From positions 802,634 to 866,633 of the forward strand of contig JAQTZF010000001.1 in NCBI GenBank assembly GCA_028687915.1: a DNA stretch of 64,000 nucleotides. The letters are read 5' to 3'. Within the stretch, counting starts at the first letter, position 1; each line of letters opens with the position of its first letter. Both the position numbers and the translations under genes were made by a program. The notes beneath the pieces are model-generated. The model made no database searches and was not told the DNA's origin. It worked only from the letters and a program-made list of their open reading frames with translations. Source of the DNA: Candidatus Daviesbacteria bacterium (lineage in GTDB: Bacteria > Patescibacteriota > Microgenomatia > Daviesbacterales > UBA10151). This document shows, piece after piece, positions 18,744-28,939 of this stretch.

Positions 18744-19768
18744 TCTTCCCTTAGGGCTAAGCCTACAGCAATGGTATACTGGGCAGAATCAACAAGTTTT
18801 GAAGCAAGGGCTTTATCTTTACCAATAAAATACCAGGGATCAGCCTCCTGAATTTCCAATCCTAAGGTATTAGCAAAATATATTACCAAACCAGGTAATT
18901 TTGCTCCTCCTCCGGATAAAACAATTCTCTTAATCGGATTTTGAACATTTTTTGATTGGAATGCCTGAATCACTCTTTGCGCTTCAGATAAAATCATATC
19001 AATTAAAGGCTTCAGTACCTCATAAATCTTACCACCCAACTGATCTTCCAGTAATCCATAAACCTTTTTATATTCTTCTGCCTGAACTGGCTCAAAGTTT
19101 AAATATTGGGAAATTGCTCTGGTTAAAGCCATTCCACCTGTTCCAATAGATCTGGTCAATAAAATTAAACCTTTTGAAACAACAGCAAAGTCTGTGGAGT
19201 GAGATCCTAGCTGAACAATTAAAGTGGTTGGGGCATAAGGATTATTGCCTACCAAAGCCCTTGTGGCAGCAATTAATTCTGTTTCCAGGGCTTGAGGCTT
19301 TAATTTAACATAATCTAATACCTGTAAATATTTATTTACAGTATTTTTGGGAGATGCTACCACAAACACCGAGGTATTATTTTGAGGTTTAGACCGATTA
19401 ATAACCTGCCAATACAGGTTAACCTGATCAGCCGGCAGAGGAACAAATTCCTCAGCAGAGTAGTGAATAGAAGAAGATAATTCTTCATCAGATAAAAAGG
19501 GCAGGTCATTAATAACTCTGGTAAAAATTTTTGATTCAGGAAGGGCTAAAACTACTGGTAAATCTGGTGCTTTAATAGAGGTTAATAAGGTTTTAATTGC
19601 CTTAGCTTCTCCCTCTAAATCAAATGGATTTTCAGAACTTATTCCAGGCTGAGGCGCGGCAATAGACCCAAAAGACACTAAAGAAGCAGGCTTTGTTTTG
19701 TGGGACAAAACAACCGCTTTTATCGAAAAACTTCCAATATCTAATCCAATAGAATAATCTTGAGCCAT
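18740..19768 (-). CDS. pilM: Type IV pilus assembly ATPase-fold protein PilM
   Basis: Actin-like fold motifs (IGLDIGSFSIKAVV…; SGGGAKLPGL). Confidence 0.75.
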   Translation of the reverse strand: MAQDYSIGLDIGSFSIKAVVLSHKTKPASLVSFGSIAAPQPGISSENPFDLEGEAKAIKTLLTSIKAPDLPVVLALPESKIFTRVINDLPFLSDEELSSSIHYSAEEFVPLPADQVNLYWQVINRSKPQNNTSVFVVASPKNTVNKYLQVLDYVKLKPQALETELIAATRALVGNNPYAPTTLIVQLGSHSTDFAVVSKGLILLTRSIGTGGMALTRAISQYLNFEPVQAEEYKKVYGLLEDQLGGKIYEVLKPLIDMILSEAQRVIQAFQSKNVQNPIKRIVLSGGGAKLPGLVIYFANTLGLEIQEADPWYFIGKDKALASKLVDSAQYTIAVGLALREE

Positions 19769-19791
19769 AGGCAGTAATATTATTGTATCAT

Positions 19792-21558
19792 CTACTTTAT
19801 CTGATAGGTACCCTTAACAATTGAGTATGACCCGGATGGACCTGAACTAAAAAAGGGCGAAGAAAGCCCTGTATCATAATTGATTGTAACCCCATTATCC
19901 AACTTTACCTTCCAGGCAGTTAGCTCTGTTAAATGACTGACATTAGCAATATGTGCTATACCTAAACCCGCATATAGTATTCCCTGGCTTGTACTGTTAT
20001 TTACAGACAGAGCAGTCTGACCATTTACCCTGGAATCATAAGTAGTTAATACCATTATGTAACTTCCAGCAGTTCCTGAACCATTTATGTTTACATTATT
20101 TGCCATGGTAATTATTCCATCTACCACAATTACCCCTGATGATTCTGCATAATTTGAATTTAACCTTAATATACTATTGTTATTTAAATCTAAATTACCT
20201 GTAATCCAAATAGGATCATTGATTACCACATTACAACCATTAGCAAATGTAACATTCCCAACATATTTACCTGGTCCAAGAGTTGTTCTGCAACTGCTTA
20301 TATCTCCGGTGTAAACAACAGCATCCTGTGCCCGTTGTTTCCATTCAGAAATATTTCCTTCAGAAACAGGTAAGTTAGCAGGTAAGGGATCAGTGGAATT
20401 TGGATAATATTTAGCTGCAGTAATATTATTCTTAGTTTGATAATACGCAGAACCGGAAATAGCTAAGTTTTCTAAATTGTCAGCATGAGCACTGCCTCCG
20501 ATAGTTACACCAGGAGCCCCAATAATTGAAGTTACAACACCTCCCATATATGTTTTAAAATCAAGGTCATAAAGGGCAGAGGTCCAGACTGGATTTCTAA
20601 CAGACCAATTAGAAGACCAGGCTGTATTACCTCTGGTATAAGATTGTAAGGAATCAGCTGACCAAACCCAATAATTGCTATTATTAGATGAAGTATCCAG
20701 CATAATCCAATATGTAGTATCTAAAGAGAGACTAACAGGAGAATTAAATGTAATATCTACCCAATTATAGCTAGTGGTGACTAAATTTGCAGTTAAAGTA
20801 CCTGTTGTTAAAACATTACCTTTATCTGGTTTACCACCACTATCAGCCATTAACCGGACAACAATATCCGAAGGAGTACCAACCTTCTTAAGCCTTAACG
20901 ATATTTTATTAATATTACCGCTTATACTCGGTTTAAAACTTTGAGCAACATCCAATACATCATTTCCGGCAATGTTTTTCCCAAAAGTATAATCACTACA
21001 ACTTGGGCTGCTACAAATATTTTGCTGATCAGATAGAGGAGCGGTGCCACCGGCAACAAAAACATCACCGGTAATAAAGGCATTATTACTCATTGAAATA
21101 TTGCCATTTGAATAAACAGATCCATTAATACTGCTATTATTCTCCATCTCAAAGCCACCTTCTCCTACCAAAACACCATAATTAAAAGCATACCCCACAC
21201 CTTTGGAAGCAGTAATCTTTACTGTTTTTTGAGATTTTGGATTTTGCTTAGAAGGATAATAGCCAGTTGATTCAATAATTTTAGATGACTGATTAGGGCT
21301 GGTTACTTTAATAGAAACAGATCCATTATCTAAATTTAATTCTGTATCACCTGAATAAGAGCCCCCAAGGTTTAAAGAAGCCAGCGCCTTATCAACACCA
21401 GCTTCTGCTAAGTCTACTGCGTGAGTAGACTGAACAGAATAATATGTATTTTGAGAGTAAATATTTGCTCCGCCAATAATTGCCAAAGAGTTTAATAAGA
21501 CTAAACCTACAACAATAATTGCCAATACTAATACTTGTCCGGATTCACTTTTTTTCAT
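19792..21558 (-). CDS. Large (588 aa) pilus-associated protein with a prepilin-like N-terminus (SGQVLVLAIIVVGL, no Glu5) and a beta-helix-like repetitive body; putative tip adhesin
   Basis: N-terminal hydrophobic segment after Gly; Asn/Gly-rich turn repeats; position in the pilin gene array. Confidence 0.4.
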   Translation of the reverse strand: MKKSESGQVLVLAIIVVGLVLLNSLAIIGGANIYSQNTYYSVQSTHAVDLAEAGVDKALASLNLGGSYSGDTELNLDNGSVSIKVTSPNQSSKIIESTGYYPSKQNPKSQKTVKITASKGVGYAFNYGVLVGEGGFEMENNSSINGSVYSNGNISMSNNAFITGDVFVAGGTAPLSDQQNICSSPSCSDYTFGKNIAGNDVLDVAQSFKPSISGNINKISLRLKKVGTPSDIVVRLMADSGGKPDKGNVLTTGTLTANLVTTSYNWVDITFNSPVSLSLDTTYWIMLDTSSNNSNYWVWSADSLQSYTRGNTAWSSNWSVRNPVWTSALYDLDFKTYMGGVVTSIIGAPGVTIGGSAHADNLENLAISGSAYYQTKNNITAAKYYPNSTDPLPANLPVSEGNISEWKQRAQDAVVYTGDISSCRTTLGPGKYVGNVTFANGCNVVINDPIWITGNLDLNNNSILRLNSNYAESSGVIVVDGIITMANNVNINGSGTAGSYIMVLTTYDSRVNGQTALSVNNSTSQGILYAGLGIAHIANVSHLTELTAWKVKLDNGVTINYDTGLSSPFFSSGPSGSYSIVKGTYQIK

Positions 21559-22121
21559 ATATTCCTTAAGTTTGTTACTATTATTGAACTTCTGGATTTA
21601 TCAGAAACATTACTTCCGGGCAAAACAGTTATTTGAGTTTTAACTTTTTCTGCTGAAGTTGCAGTAACAATGTTATCGTTTTTATCAAGATATATAAACT
21701 CTACCGACTGCAAAATACTACTTAAAACTCTGTTTTGACTACTTCTGTCGCTTAAAGCATCAGGAAAAATATACTCCCAAAGCAAATTAGTTTTTGCATT
21801 ATCTTTTGTAAAAACTACATAATCATACGTATTAGCAATTACACCCAAAGCATTAAAGGCAGGAACTTTTAACACTAAAGTAGTACTGTTTGAAATATAC
21901 GTTGGAGAAACATCTGGATATCCACTAACCACTGACGATGCCTGACGAGTAAAGTTTTCAATTTCATGAATTGCATCATTAGTATTTAAACCGGATGTTA
22001 CCAAAGAACTCTGACTGTTATATATACCTGTATTATTAACTAAAATACCAGCCAGAACTGTACCAACTATTAAGAATATAGCTGTTACTATTAAAATCTC
22101 CACCAATGTAAATCCTTTCAT
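21555..22121 (-). CDS. Type IV pilin-like protein (MKGFTLVEILIV)
   Basis: Class III signal peptide G|FTLVE. Confidence 0.6.
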   Translation of the reverse strand: MKGFTLVEILIVTAIFLIVGTVLAGILVNNTGIYNSQSSLVTSGLNTNDAIHEIENFTRQASSVVSGYPDVSPTYISNSTTLVLKVPAFNALGVIANTYDYVVFTKDNAKTNLLWEYIFPDALSDRSSQNRVLSSILQSVEFIYLDKNDNIVTATSAEKVKTQITVLPGSNVSDKSRSSIIVTNLRNI

Positions 22122-22522
22122 TGACCTATTCCTCCTTCAGTAACCAAAGTTTCTAAACTTAATTCTTTAGTTTGCCCTTGTTCCTGCCAATTAATTTTAA
22201 CTTTAACTTTTTTTGCCTCTTCTCCGGATAAGCATACAGTTACAGGACAATCATCTATTTCGTATTCAGCTATGGAAGAGGGGAGCTTGGATAAGCTAAC
22301 ATCACTAAATGAGTTGGATCCATTTGATAAACTTTCATAAGGTTGTTTTCTAAAATAATCCAATTCTTTACTGGCAATTTCCCTGGCTAAAGAAACATTT
22401 CCACTGTGACTAATACTTTGAATAGAAGAGGGGAGAGAGGAAACAATTATTGCCAACACTGCAATTGCTCCAATCACTAAAATAAGCTCAATCAAAGAAA
22501 TTCCGCGCTCGTGGTTTCTCAT
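22118..22522 (-). CDS. Type IV pilin-like protein (ERGISLIELILVIG)
   Basis: Prepilin N-terminus with Glu5. Confidence 0.55.
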   Translation of the reverse strand: MRNHERGISLIELILVIGAIAVLAIIVSSLPSSIQSISHSGNVSLAREIASKELDYFRKQPYESLSNGSNSFSDVSLSKLPSSIAEYEIDDCPVTVCLSGEEAKKVKVKINWQEQGQTKELSLETLVTEGGIGQ

Positions 22523-23466
22523 TATTTAGTTAAATTATTTGCAGAAAATAAAACATAATCAAAGAAAAACGGCATTACGTTTTTATAACTTGTTACTTTA
22601 AGAGTTCTTTTTACTTCTCCGGAAGTACCATCAGAAGAATAAACAGTTGCCTGTTTAGGGAAAGAAGCTTCAGCAGTTGTTTCTGGCTTTAAAGCCACAT
22701 CATGATCAAGCTCTGAGTATAAGATTCTTACTCTGACTACAACCGGAAAAACAGTATCCGAATTTATAAAAGGTAGGGTAAATGTGGCTTTGCAATAATA
22801 ATCTTTTGAAGTTCCATCATTAATGTATGTTGTTGTATTTGTGTGATCACAACCACTAAATCCAGAACCTGCACGAAGCGGAGTAGGAACAAAACCATCT
22901 CTGTCTAAAAAAGAATCATAGTATTTTCTTGATGATTTATACTGCCCAGCTGTATTATCCCAATATATAACAGTAATCTCTATAGCAGGTTGATTATCAA
23001 GATTCCCAGGGGGAGAGGGGCGATAATTTGCATTAGGATCTCCAAAATAAAGATCAAATGAATTCCCGGTATATTTTTGAACAGTAATATTATTTGGATC
23101 TGCTAACCAAAATTGAGCAAAATTTCGTTTAGTTAAAGGCTCATCCCAGGCCAAAGCATAATTAGAAGCAGCAGGAATACTCATACCTGTAACTGCTCCT
23201 GCTGCCTGATTATTGCTTGAACTAAAGCCTGTCACCGGAAGATAAGTTCCTCCAATATTATTCTCATTAGCCTTCATTGCTCTTTCTATTGCAGCTTCTG
23301 CTGCAGAAAAAGCCCGGGACGAATCCTCACTTTTTCTTGATGTAGAAACCTCTAAAATACTTCTGCCAATAGTTGATAAACCAATAGCTAAAGCTACCAC
23401 CATGATCAGTAGTAATAAAATTACCACTTGTCCGGAACTATTCTGTTTAAAGGCTTGTTTATTCAT
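22522..23466 (-). CDS. GspK/PilX-like large minor (pseudo)pilin (314 aa, no Glu5)
   Basis: SSGQVVILLLLIMVVALAIG N-terminus; size and missing E5 as in GspK-type tip pseudopilins. Confidence 0.4.
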   Translation of the reverse strand: MNKQAFKQNSSGQVVILLLLIMVVALAIGLSTIGRSILEVSTSRKSEDSSRAFSAAEAAIERAMKANENNIGGTYLPVTGFSSSNNQAAGAVTGMSIPAASNYALAWDEPLTKRNFAQFWLADPNNITVQKYTGNSFDLYFGDPNANYRPSPPGNLDNQPAIEITVIYWDNTAGQYKSSRKYYDSFLDRDGFVPTPLRAGSGFSGCDHTNTTTYINDGTSKDYYCKATFTLPFINSDTVFPVVVRVRILYSELDHDVALKPETTAEASFPKQATVYSSDGTSGEVKRTLKVTSYKNVMPFFFDYVLFSANNLTK

Positions 23467-23468
23467 GT

Positions 23469-24197
23469 TTATCTGGAAATACCTCTTACTTGTACAGATG
23501 TTGAAAAAGGTATTCCACCTTCTACTACAGTAACATCATATGCGTATCCTGCAGAGACACCAGCTGAAGCATTAAATTTAACAAGTATATTGTCACCGTT
23601 TTTCTTAAATACATCTTCAAAAGTTCCTAAGCCAAGTGGGGTATAGCTTACTGAAACTCCGTTTACAGGGTCTGAATCAGTCAGGGATTGCTTATAATTA
23701 GTCCCACCGGTAATAAAATCCTGTGAAGAACAAAGACTAGAATCAAGAGTACCATCTGCTAAATCAGATCTGATAAAACTTATTTTTTGAATTTTACCAT
23801 TACTTGGAGGAGTACTCGTTAAATTTGGCGGAATAAATCTAAATTGAGTATAAGTCCCACCATTTGTTACCACTATAGTATTATTTACAACATTACTATC
23901 TGCAGCATCTATAAATTTTCCAACACAAACCACTCCATCAGCATTCCTAATTTCATTTGATAACTGATCCAAAACAACCTGACCATTTTGCTTAACTTGA
24001 TTTATAGCCTTAACTTTATTCCTTCCCCTTAAAGCATCAATTAGAATATTGGTAAAAATTACCCCTAAAATTACCATAATTGAAACAACTACTAAAAGTT
24101 CAATAATGGTGAAGCCATTACAAGATCTCCGACTTCGTCGGAACAGACCTATTATAGTAAATCCTTTAGAATTTTCTTCTTTATAAAATGCAGTCAT
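23469..24197 (-). CDS. Type IV pilin-like protein (NGFTIIELLVVVS); start uncertain
   Basis: Prepilin motif; the ORF extends further upstream, start trimmed to an internal Met. Confidence 0.5.
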   Translation of the reverse strand: MTAFYKEENSKGFTIIGLFRRSRRSCNGFTIIELLVVVSIMVILGVIFTNILIDALRGRNKVKAINQVKQNGQVVLDQLSNEIRNADGVVCVGKFIDAADSNVVNNTIVVTNGGTYTQFRFIPPNLTSTPPSNGKIQKISFIRSDLADGTLDSSLCSSQDFITGGTNYKQSLTDSDPVNGVSVSYTPLGLGTFEDVFKKNGDNILVKFNASAGVSAGYAYDVTVVEGGIPFSTSVQVRGISR

Positions 24198-24696
24198 AAT
24201 TTGGTTTAGTAATAATTGTCTCCAGGGTTGAATTATGATCTCCTGATGAATCACTCCAACTAATTATTGCAGTTACAGCAACCTCATTTGGAAAAGGTTG
24301 AGTTACTTTAATCTGTCTTAAAAATGACCCTGTTAAACTAACCACTGATGAAGCTAAAGTAACTTTGTTTAAAACAGTCCCAGTATTATTGAGGGAATAA
24401 TAACAATAACCACCAGCTCCACAATATAAAGGGTCACCAACACCTCCCCATAATTTGTTAAAGCAATAATATGTACCATCATCATTAATAGTACTCTCCT
24501 TATTATTATCTCTGAGTATTCTAATTCTATCAATTGTATCTTGAGCGTATTTAGTTGCCTGTGTCTGGTTTTGCGCAAATTGGGCATTCTTTAAGCTATT
24601 TAAAATAATAGCTATTAAGGCAATAATCATGATGGCAGAAACCACGCCTACCACTAGTACCTCAATTAAACTTTGTCCTGATTGTTTAGTATCCAT
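24181..24696 (-). CDS. Type IV pilin-like protein (MDTKQSGQSLIEVLVV); start uncertain
   Basis: Prepilin motif G|QSLIE. Confidence 0.5.
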   Translation of the reverse strand: MDTKQSGQSLIEVLVVGVVSAIMIIALIAIILNSLKNAQFAQNQTQATKYAQDTIDRIRILRDNNKESTINDDGTYYCFNKLWGGVGDPLYCGAGGYCYYSLNNTGTVLNKVTLASSVVSLTGSFLRQIKVTQPFPNEVAVTAIISWSDSSGDHNSTLETIITKPNYDCIL

Positions 24697-26245
24697 AAAC
24701 TTGGAATTCATATAACGAGTAGCCATAAGTCGTTCCTCTGGCAGTCCCATACATTCTCACATATCTGCCTACACCAGAAACATTTAATGTCTCATTCCCA
24801 CCAACACCATTTGGTTGGGTATAGATAGTTGTCCAGTTAATTGCATCATCTGAAGTCTGAATTGTGTAATTTCTACCATAAGCAGCTTCCCAATACAATT
24901 TTATCTGCGTTATGGTGCTTGTAACTCCTAAATCTACATAAATCCATTGGGGATCACTATATGCTGAGGACCAGCGTGAAGTTGTAAGATCATTATCTAC
25001 AGCTTTAGCGCCTTCATGCCCTCCATAATCAATACTTGAAACAGTAGTTATTTTATTTAATGAGATATTTGTGCTGGCAGGAGTAGGGGTGGGGGTAGGA
25101 GGTGGTGTTGATGTTGGCGTAGGTGCTGGTGTGCCTGCAGCTCCATATACTTCAAATTCATACAATGAATAACCATAAATCGTGCCCCTGGCAGTTCCAT
25201 ACATTCTAATATATCTACCGTTGCCAATTGCATTAATTGTATCCACACCACCATCACCATTTACTTGTGTGTAAATCGTTGTCCAATTAGTTGCATCCGG
25301 CGATGTTTGAATCAAATAATCCTTGCCATTTGCAGTTTCCCACCTGAGTATAACCTGAGAAATATCATAACTTGCACCTAAATCTACATAAATCCATTGG
25401 GGATCACTCCACGCAGACGCCCATCTGCTCGTACCAACCCCATCAACAGCTTTGGAACCATTGCTTGAGGAACTTTCGTCCGAAGATGTTGTTGTTATTC
25501 TATTTAAAGCCAGGTTTGCCCCTGCTGGAGGCGGAGTAGCCGTAGGGGTGGGAATAGAGGTAGTAGTTGGTGATGCAGTAGGAGCGGCTGAAGAAGTAGG
25601 CGTTACAGAGGGGGTTGCTGTTGGGGTTGGCGTTGGAGTTGGTGATGAAACAGGAATAGTAATGCCAACAGGAAGATGATCTGTTGTATTTACAAAAACA
25701 GGGCCTCCTTTTTCCACTATTACATTTCTTACATTATTTGTCCCCTGTAATCCAAGTGTTACTTCCAGATATTTATTAGTTGTATCCGTACAACCACTAC
25801 TTGAATCATATAAATGCACTTCAGAGCTAATATTAGTATATCTAACTTGTGCGTTACTGGGCTCACATGGAGTACCACCAACACTTTCCTTAAAACTTAT
25901 CTTATAAATAACTACACCCTGAGGTAAAGGTGTTTCTTGAGCAACAGGAGCTGTACCTACACAATTAGCTAAAAGAGAATAGGAATTATTAGAACCTTCA
26001 GTACTATCTAAACTTACATACCAATAATTTGCTTTACTTACGCTGGCACCGTTTTTACATTGGGTACCAGTTTGAGCATTATTTTGAGCTTGACGTAAGA
26101 CTACCTGAAGCTGATTGGCGGCTTCACTTAATTTTTGATTTTTGCTGTAGTCATTGTAACTTGGCACAGCAACCACTGTTAGGATTGAGATAATACCAAT
26201 AACTATGATTAACTCAATAAGAGTGAAACCCTTTATTCCCCACAT
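24686..26245 (-). CDS. Type IV pilin fused to two tandem discoidin (F5/8 type C / CBM32-like) lectin domains joined by Pro/Thr linkers
   Basis: N-terminal GFTLIELIIVIG; two ~130-aa repeats carrying SRW-S…DPQWIYVDLG…RYVRMYGTARGT-YGYSLYEF-VYG. Confidence 0.65.
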   Translation of the reverse strand: MWGIKGFTLIELIIVIGIISILTVVAVPSYNDYSKNQKLSEAANQLQVVLRQAQNNAQTGTQCKNGASVSKANYWYVSLDSTEGSNNSYSLLANCVGTAPVAQETPLPQGVVIYKISFKESVGGTPCEPSNAQVRYTNISSEVHLYDSSSGCTDTTNKYLEVTLGLQGTNNVRNVIVEKGGPVFVNTTDHLPVGITIPVSSPTPTPTPTATPSVTPTSSAAPTASPTTTSIPTPTATPPPAGANLALNRITTTSSDESSSSNGSKAVDGVGTSRWASAWSDPQWIYVDLGASYDISQVILRWETANGKDYLIQTSPDATNWTTIYTQVNGDGGVDTINAIGNGRYIRMYGTARGTIYGYSLYEFEVYGAAGTPAPTPTSTPPPTPTPTPASTNISLNKITTVSSIDYGGHEGAKAVDNDLTTSRWSSAYSDPQWIYVDLGVTSTITQIKLYWEAAYGRNYTIQTSDDAINWTTIYTQPNGVGGNETLNVSGVGRYVRMYGTARGTTYGYSLYEFQVYGY

Positions 26246-26280
26246 ATATTAAACGTATCAACTTTTAGCAAAATTAGCAA

Positions 26281-26763
26281 TTATTGAGAAGAAATACCCA
26301 TGTCACAATCTCCTCCACAACTGGATAATGGAACCAGGCTGGTATTTGCACAATCAATATTCGTATAAGTACTCTCTGAACCATCTTTTTTTGCACAAAG
26401 AACAAAACCAGTACAGGCTGTTGCCTGGGAAGTATTATTACAGCTTACCGGAGTTGCTGCATAAAAGTATCGCTTGTTGGGATTTATATCAATTGGAATC
26501 TGACTTAAATAAATTCGACTTCCATCATCAGAATCTAAGGGAGCAGTAATATCAGCTAAGTTTAAATCACCTGTAGCAGGGTATTTATGTTCATCGCTTC
26601 TATAAAGTTCTAAGGCTTGCTTTACTACCTGTAAATCCTTAATTCTTTGTCCATCTCTGACTTTAGCAGTAACACCACTATAAACAGCAAAACCAACAGT
26701 TGCCATAATAGCAAGAATTGATATAACCACAAGGAGTTCAATTACAGTAAAACCTCTTTTCAT
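26281..26763 (-). CDS. Type IV pilin-like protein (MKRGFTVIELLVVIS)
   Basis: Prepilin motif; C-terminal Cys pairs. Confidence 0.55.
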   Translation of the reverse strand: MKRGFTVIELLVVISILAIMATVGFAVYSGVTAKVRDGQRIKDLQVVKQALELYRSDEHKYPATGDLNLADITAPLDSDDGSRIYLSQIPIDINPNKRYFYAATPVSCNNTSQATACTGFVLCAKKDGSESTYTNIDCANTSLVPLSSCGGDCDMGISSQ

Positions 26764-27260
26764 GGTGCTTGAACTTGATAAGTTGATGCGGGAGCTGATA
26801 CCGGTGCTGTAGAGCATAGAGAGAGGGAGGGTGTAGTAGCGTTTGAACTATTCTCTAATGTTGCATATAAACAGTAATTTATACAACGAGTAGTAGTGTT
26901 ATCACAAGAGACAACTGATGGCCCAGTAACATTAGAGGCTGTATAAGAATATGTTCCTGAAGCAGGAAGTGGCATTTTTGAAATATATACTTTTGATCCA
27001 AAAGAAATAGTACTACTGCTTGTAAAGGTAATACTGGCAGTAGTAGGGTAATAACCTTGATCAGCATGGTATTGTTCTAAGGCAGACTGGATAGTTGAAA
27101 TATCAGATTTTCTCTTATTATCCCTAGCATTTTTTTGAAGGTTTTGAAAAGAAATAATTGCAATAGTCATTAAAACAGCTAAGATAGAAATTGTTACTAA
27201 TAGCTCTATAAGAGTGAAGCCTTTACTTCTCGCTTGTGCACTAAACCCCTTTTCCCTCAT
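26760..27260 (-). CDS. Type IV pilin-like protein (KGFTLIELLVTIS)
   Basis: Prepilin motif. Confidence 0.55.
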   Translation of the reverse strand: MREKGFSAQARSKGFTLIELLVTISILAVLMTIAIISFQNLQKNARDNKRKSDISTIQSALEQYHADQGYYPTTASITFTSSSTISFGSKVYISKMPLPASGTYSYTASNVTGPSVVSCDNTTTRCINYCLYATLENSSNATTPSLSLCSTAPVSAPASTYQVQAP

Positions 27261-27287
27261 ATATTTACAATATCATATTTAATGAGA

Positions 27288-28931
27288 TTATTTTAGACTT
27301 ACCTTGTATAAGTTACATTTACCATCACATCCATCTGCTACTTTATCCAGACGAAAGTAATAATTAATTTTCATTAAGTCAAAAGAATATACAAAGTTCG
27401 GATCAGTTTTAAATGCAGAAACATATAGTGAATAGCCAGAATTTAAATACTTTCTATATAAGTTTATCAAGTCAGAGTAGTCATCTGTTCCCCATGCAGC
27501 ATCCGCAATACCCATAAACACCTGTCTTTGTGATAACGGTAGTAACTTATAATTAGGTTTTTCATAATAATCAAATAAATAAGGGGGAATTACAGATATA
27601 ATAACTACCTTTTTACTGTTTGTTAAACCTTTAAAGCTACTATTCAATGTTTTTATCACAAGTCGGTTAGAATCGCCTTTAATTAAGTTGTTTTTACCGG
27701 TTAATTCATTAACTACAGGTGGCACCTGACTAAAGAGAATGAAGCCTGCAATAATAACTGCGGTTAAGTATATTAAATATAATTTATCTTTACCTTGAAA
27801 AAAAATCCATAACCGATCTACAAAAATTGCAAAACTTAAAATAAGTACAGGAATAACAAAGAATATATACCTACCCTCTACAATGTAAAAAAATAAACAA
27901 AAAATCAAAGTACTCATAAATGTTAATAAAAAGTACGATGTAATAAGTCTATACTCTTTATTAAAGGGATTAAGAAACAAACCAATTAAACCAAGCATCC
28001 CAATAATAGGGGATGCAATAATTAAACCTTGCCCTGCTGTAGTTAATTCTCCACCTAATATACCTGCCAAATATTGATAAAGGTTAAAGTCGATATTTGC
28101 AATATCCATATAGCCAACAAGAGGCAGACTAAGCTGACTAGAACCAGTTACACCGAAATTAAAAAAACGGAATATATCAGATAGCGGCCATATATGAGAG
28201 CCTTTAGTGTAATATTCAATTAAATCAAAAAATAATAAGGGAACAGTAATAGAAAGGATAAAGATAAACAAACTAGTAATTAGTTTCTTTTTATTTTTAA
28301 TTGATAAAGATATTTTTAAAAAATAACTAGCTGCTAATATACCGCTAACTATAATTTCAACGTATTTTGTAGCATAAAGACAAATTACAACCAAACCAGC
28401 TACAATTATATTTCGTTTATTTACTTCACTTATTAATAACCAAACGGACAAAAGATATAAAAACAAAAATAAGTTCTCTGCCATTGCAGCAGAGGGATAC
28501 CAGTACAAAGCAATATTTGTACAAAAAGCAAAGAATGAAAGCACTTTTAATATAGGATTTAGTTTAAGCTTAGATAATAAAAGGTAGAATAAAACTGCCG
28601 AAAGCAAGCTTAATACAACATTTGCAAAATAATATGTTCGGGCATCATTATTAATAAGATAATAAGGAGCTAAATACAAAGAATAGAGTGGGGGTACTGC
28701 CGCGCTTGCTGACCTACCTTCATAATATAAGTTTAAGCCAAAGCCTAAAGCTAAACTACGAGCAGGAGTAACATAATGAATTGCATCAGGTAAAGGTAAA
28801 AAATCTGAAATAATATTCTCATCCGAATAAGGATTCTTCAGAAGAAGCAAAAATAATAAGAAAATAATTAACAGGATTAAAACCGAACTTATTTCATAAC
28901 GAAATTTATATAAAAAGGAGAACAATTTCAA
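27288..28931 (-). CDS. Polytopic GT-C fold glycosyltransferase (PMT/ArnT GT39/GT83-like); candidate pilin O-glycosyltransferase
   Basis: More than 10 TM segments, DE motif in the first extracytoplasmic loop (YSDENIISDF), embedded among pilin genes. Confidence 0.45.
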   Translation of the reverse strand: MKLFSFLYKFRYEISSVLILLIIFLLFLLLLKNPYSDENIISDFLPLPDAIHYVTPARSLALGFGLNLYYEGRSASAAVPPLYSLYLAPYYLINNDARTYYFANVVLSLLSAVLFYLLLSKLKLNPILKVLSFFAFCTNIALYWYPSAAMAENLFLFLYLLSVWLLISEVNKRNIIVAGLVVICLYATKYVEIIVSGILAASYFLKISLSIKNKKKLITSLFIFILSITVPLLFFDLIEYYTKGSHIWPLSDIFRFFNFGVTGSSQLSLPLVGYMDIANIDFNLYQYLAGILGGELTTAGQGLIIASPIIGMLGLIGLFLNPFNKEYRLITSYFLLTFMSTLIFCLFFYIVEGRYIFFVIPVLILSFAIFVDRLWIFFQGKDKLYLIYLTAVIIAGFILFSQVPPVVNELTGKNNLIKGDSNRLVIKTLNSSFKGLTNSKKVVIISVIPPYLFDYYEKPNYKLLPLSQRQVFMGIADAAWGTDDYSDLINLYRKYLNSGYSLYVSAFKTDPNFVYSFDLMKINYYFRLDKVADGCDGKCNLYKVSLK

Positions 28932-28939
28932 TATCTTCT

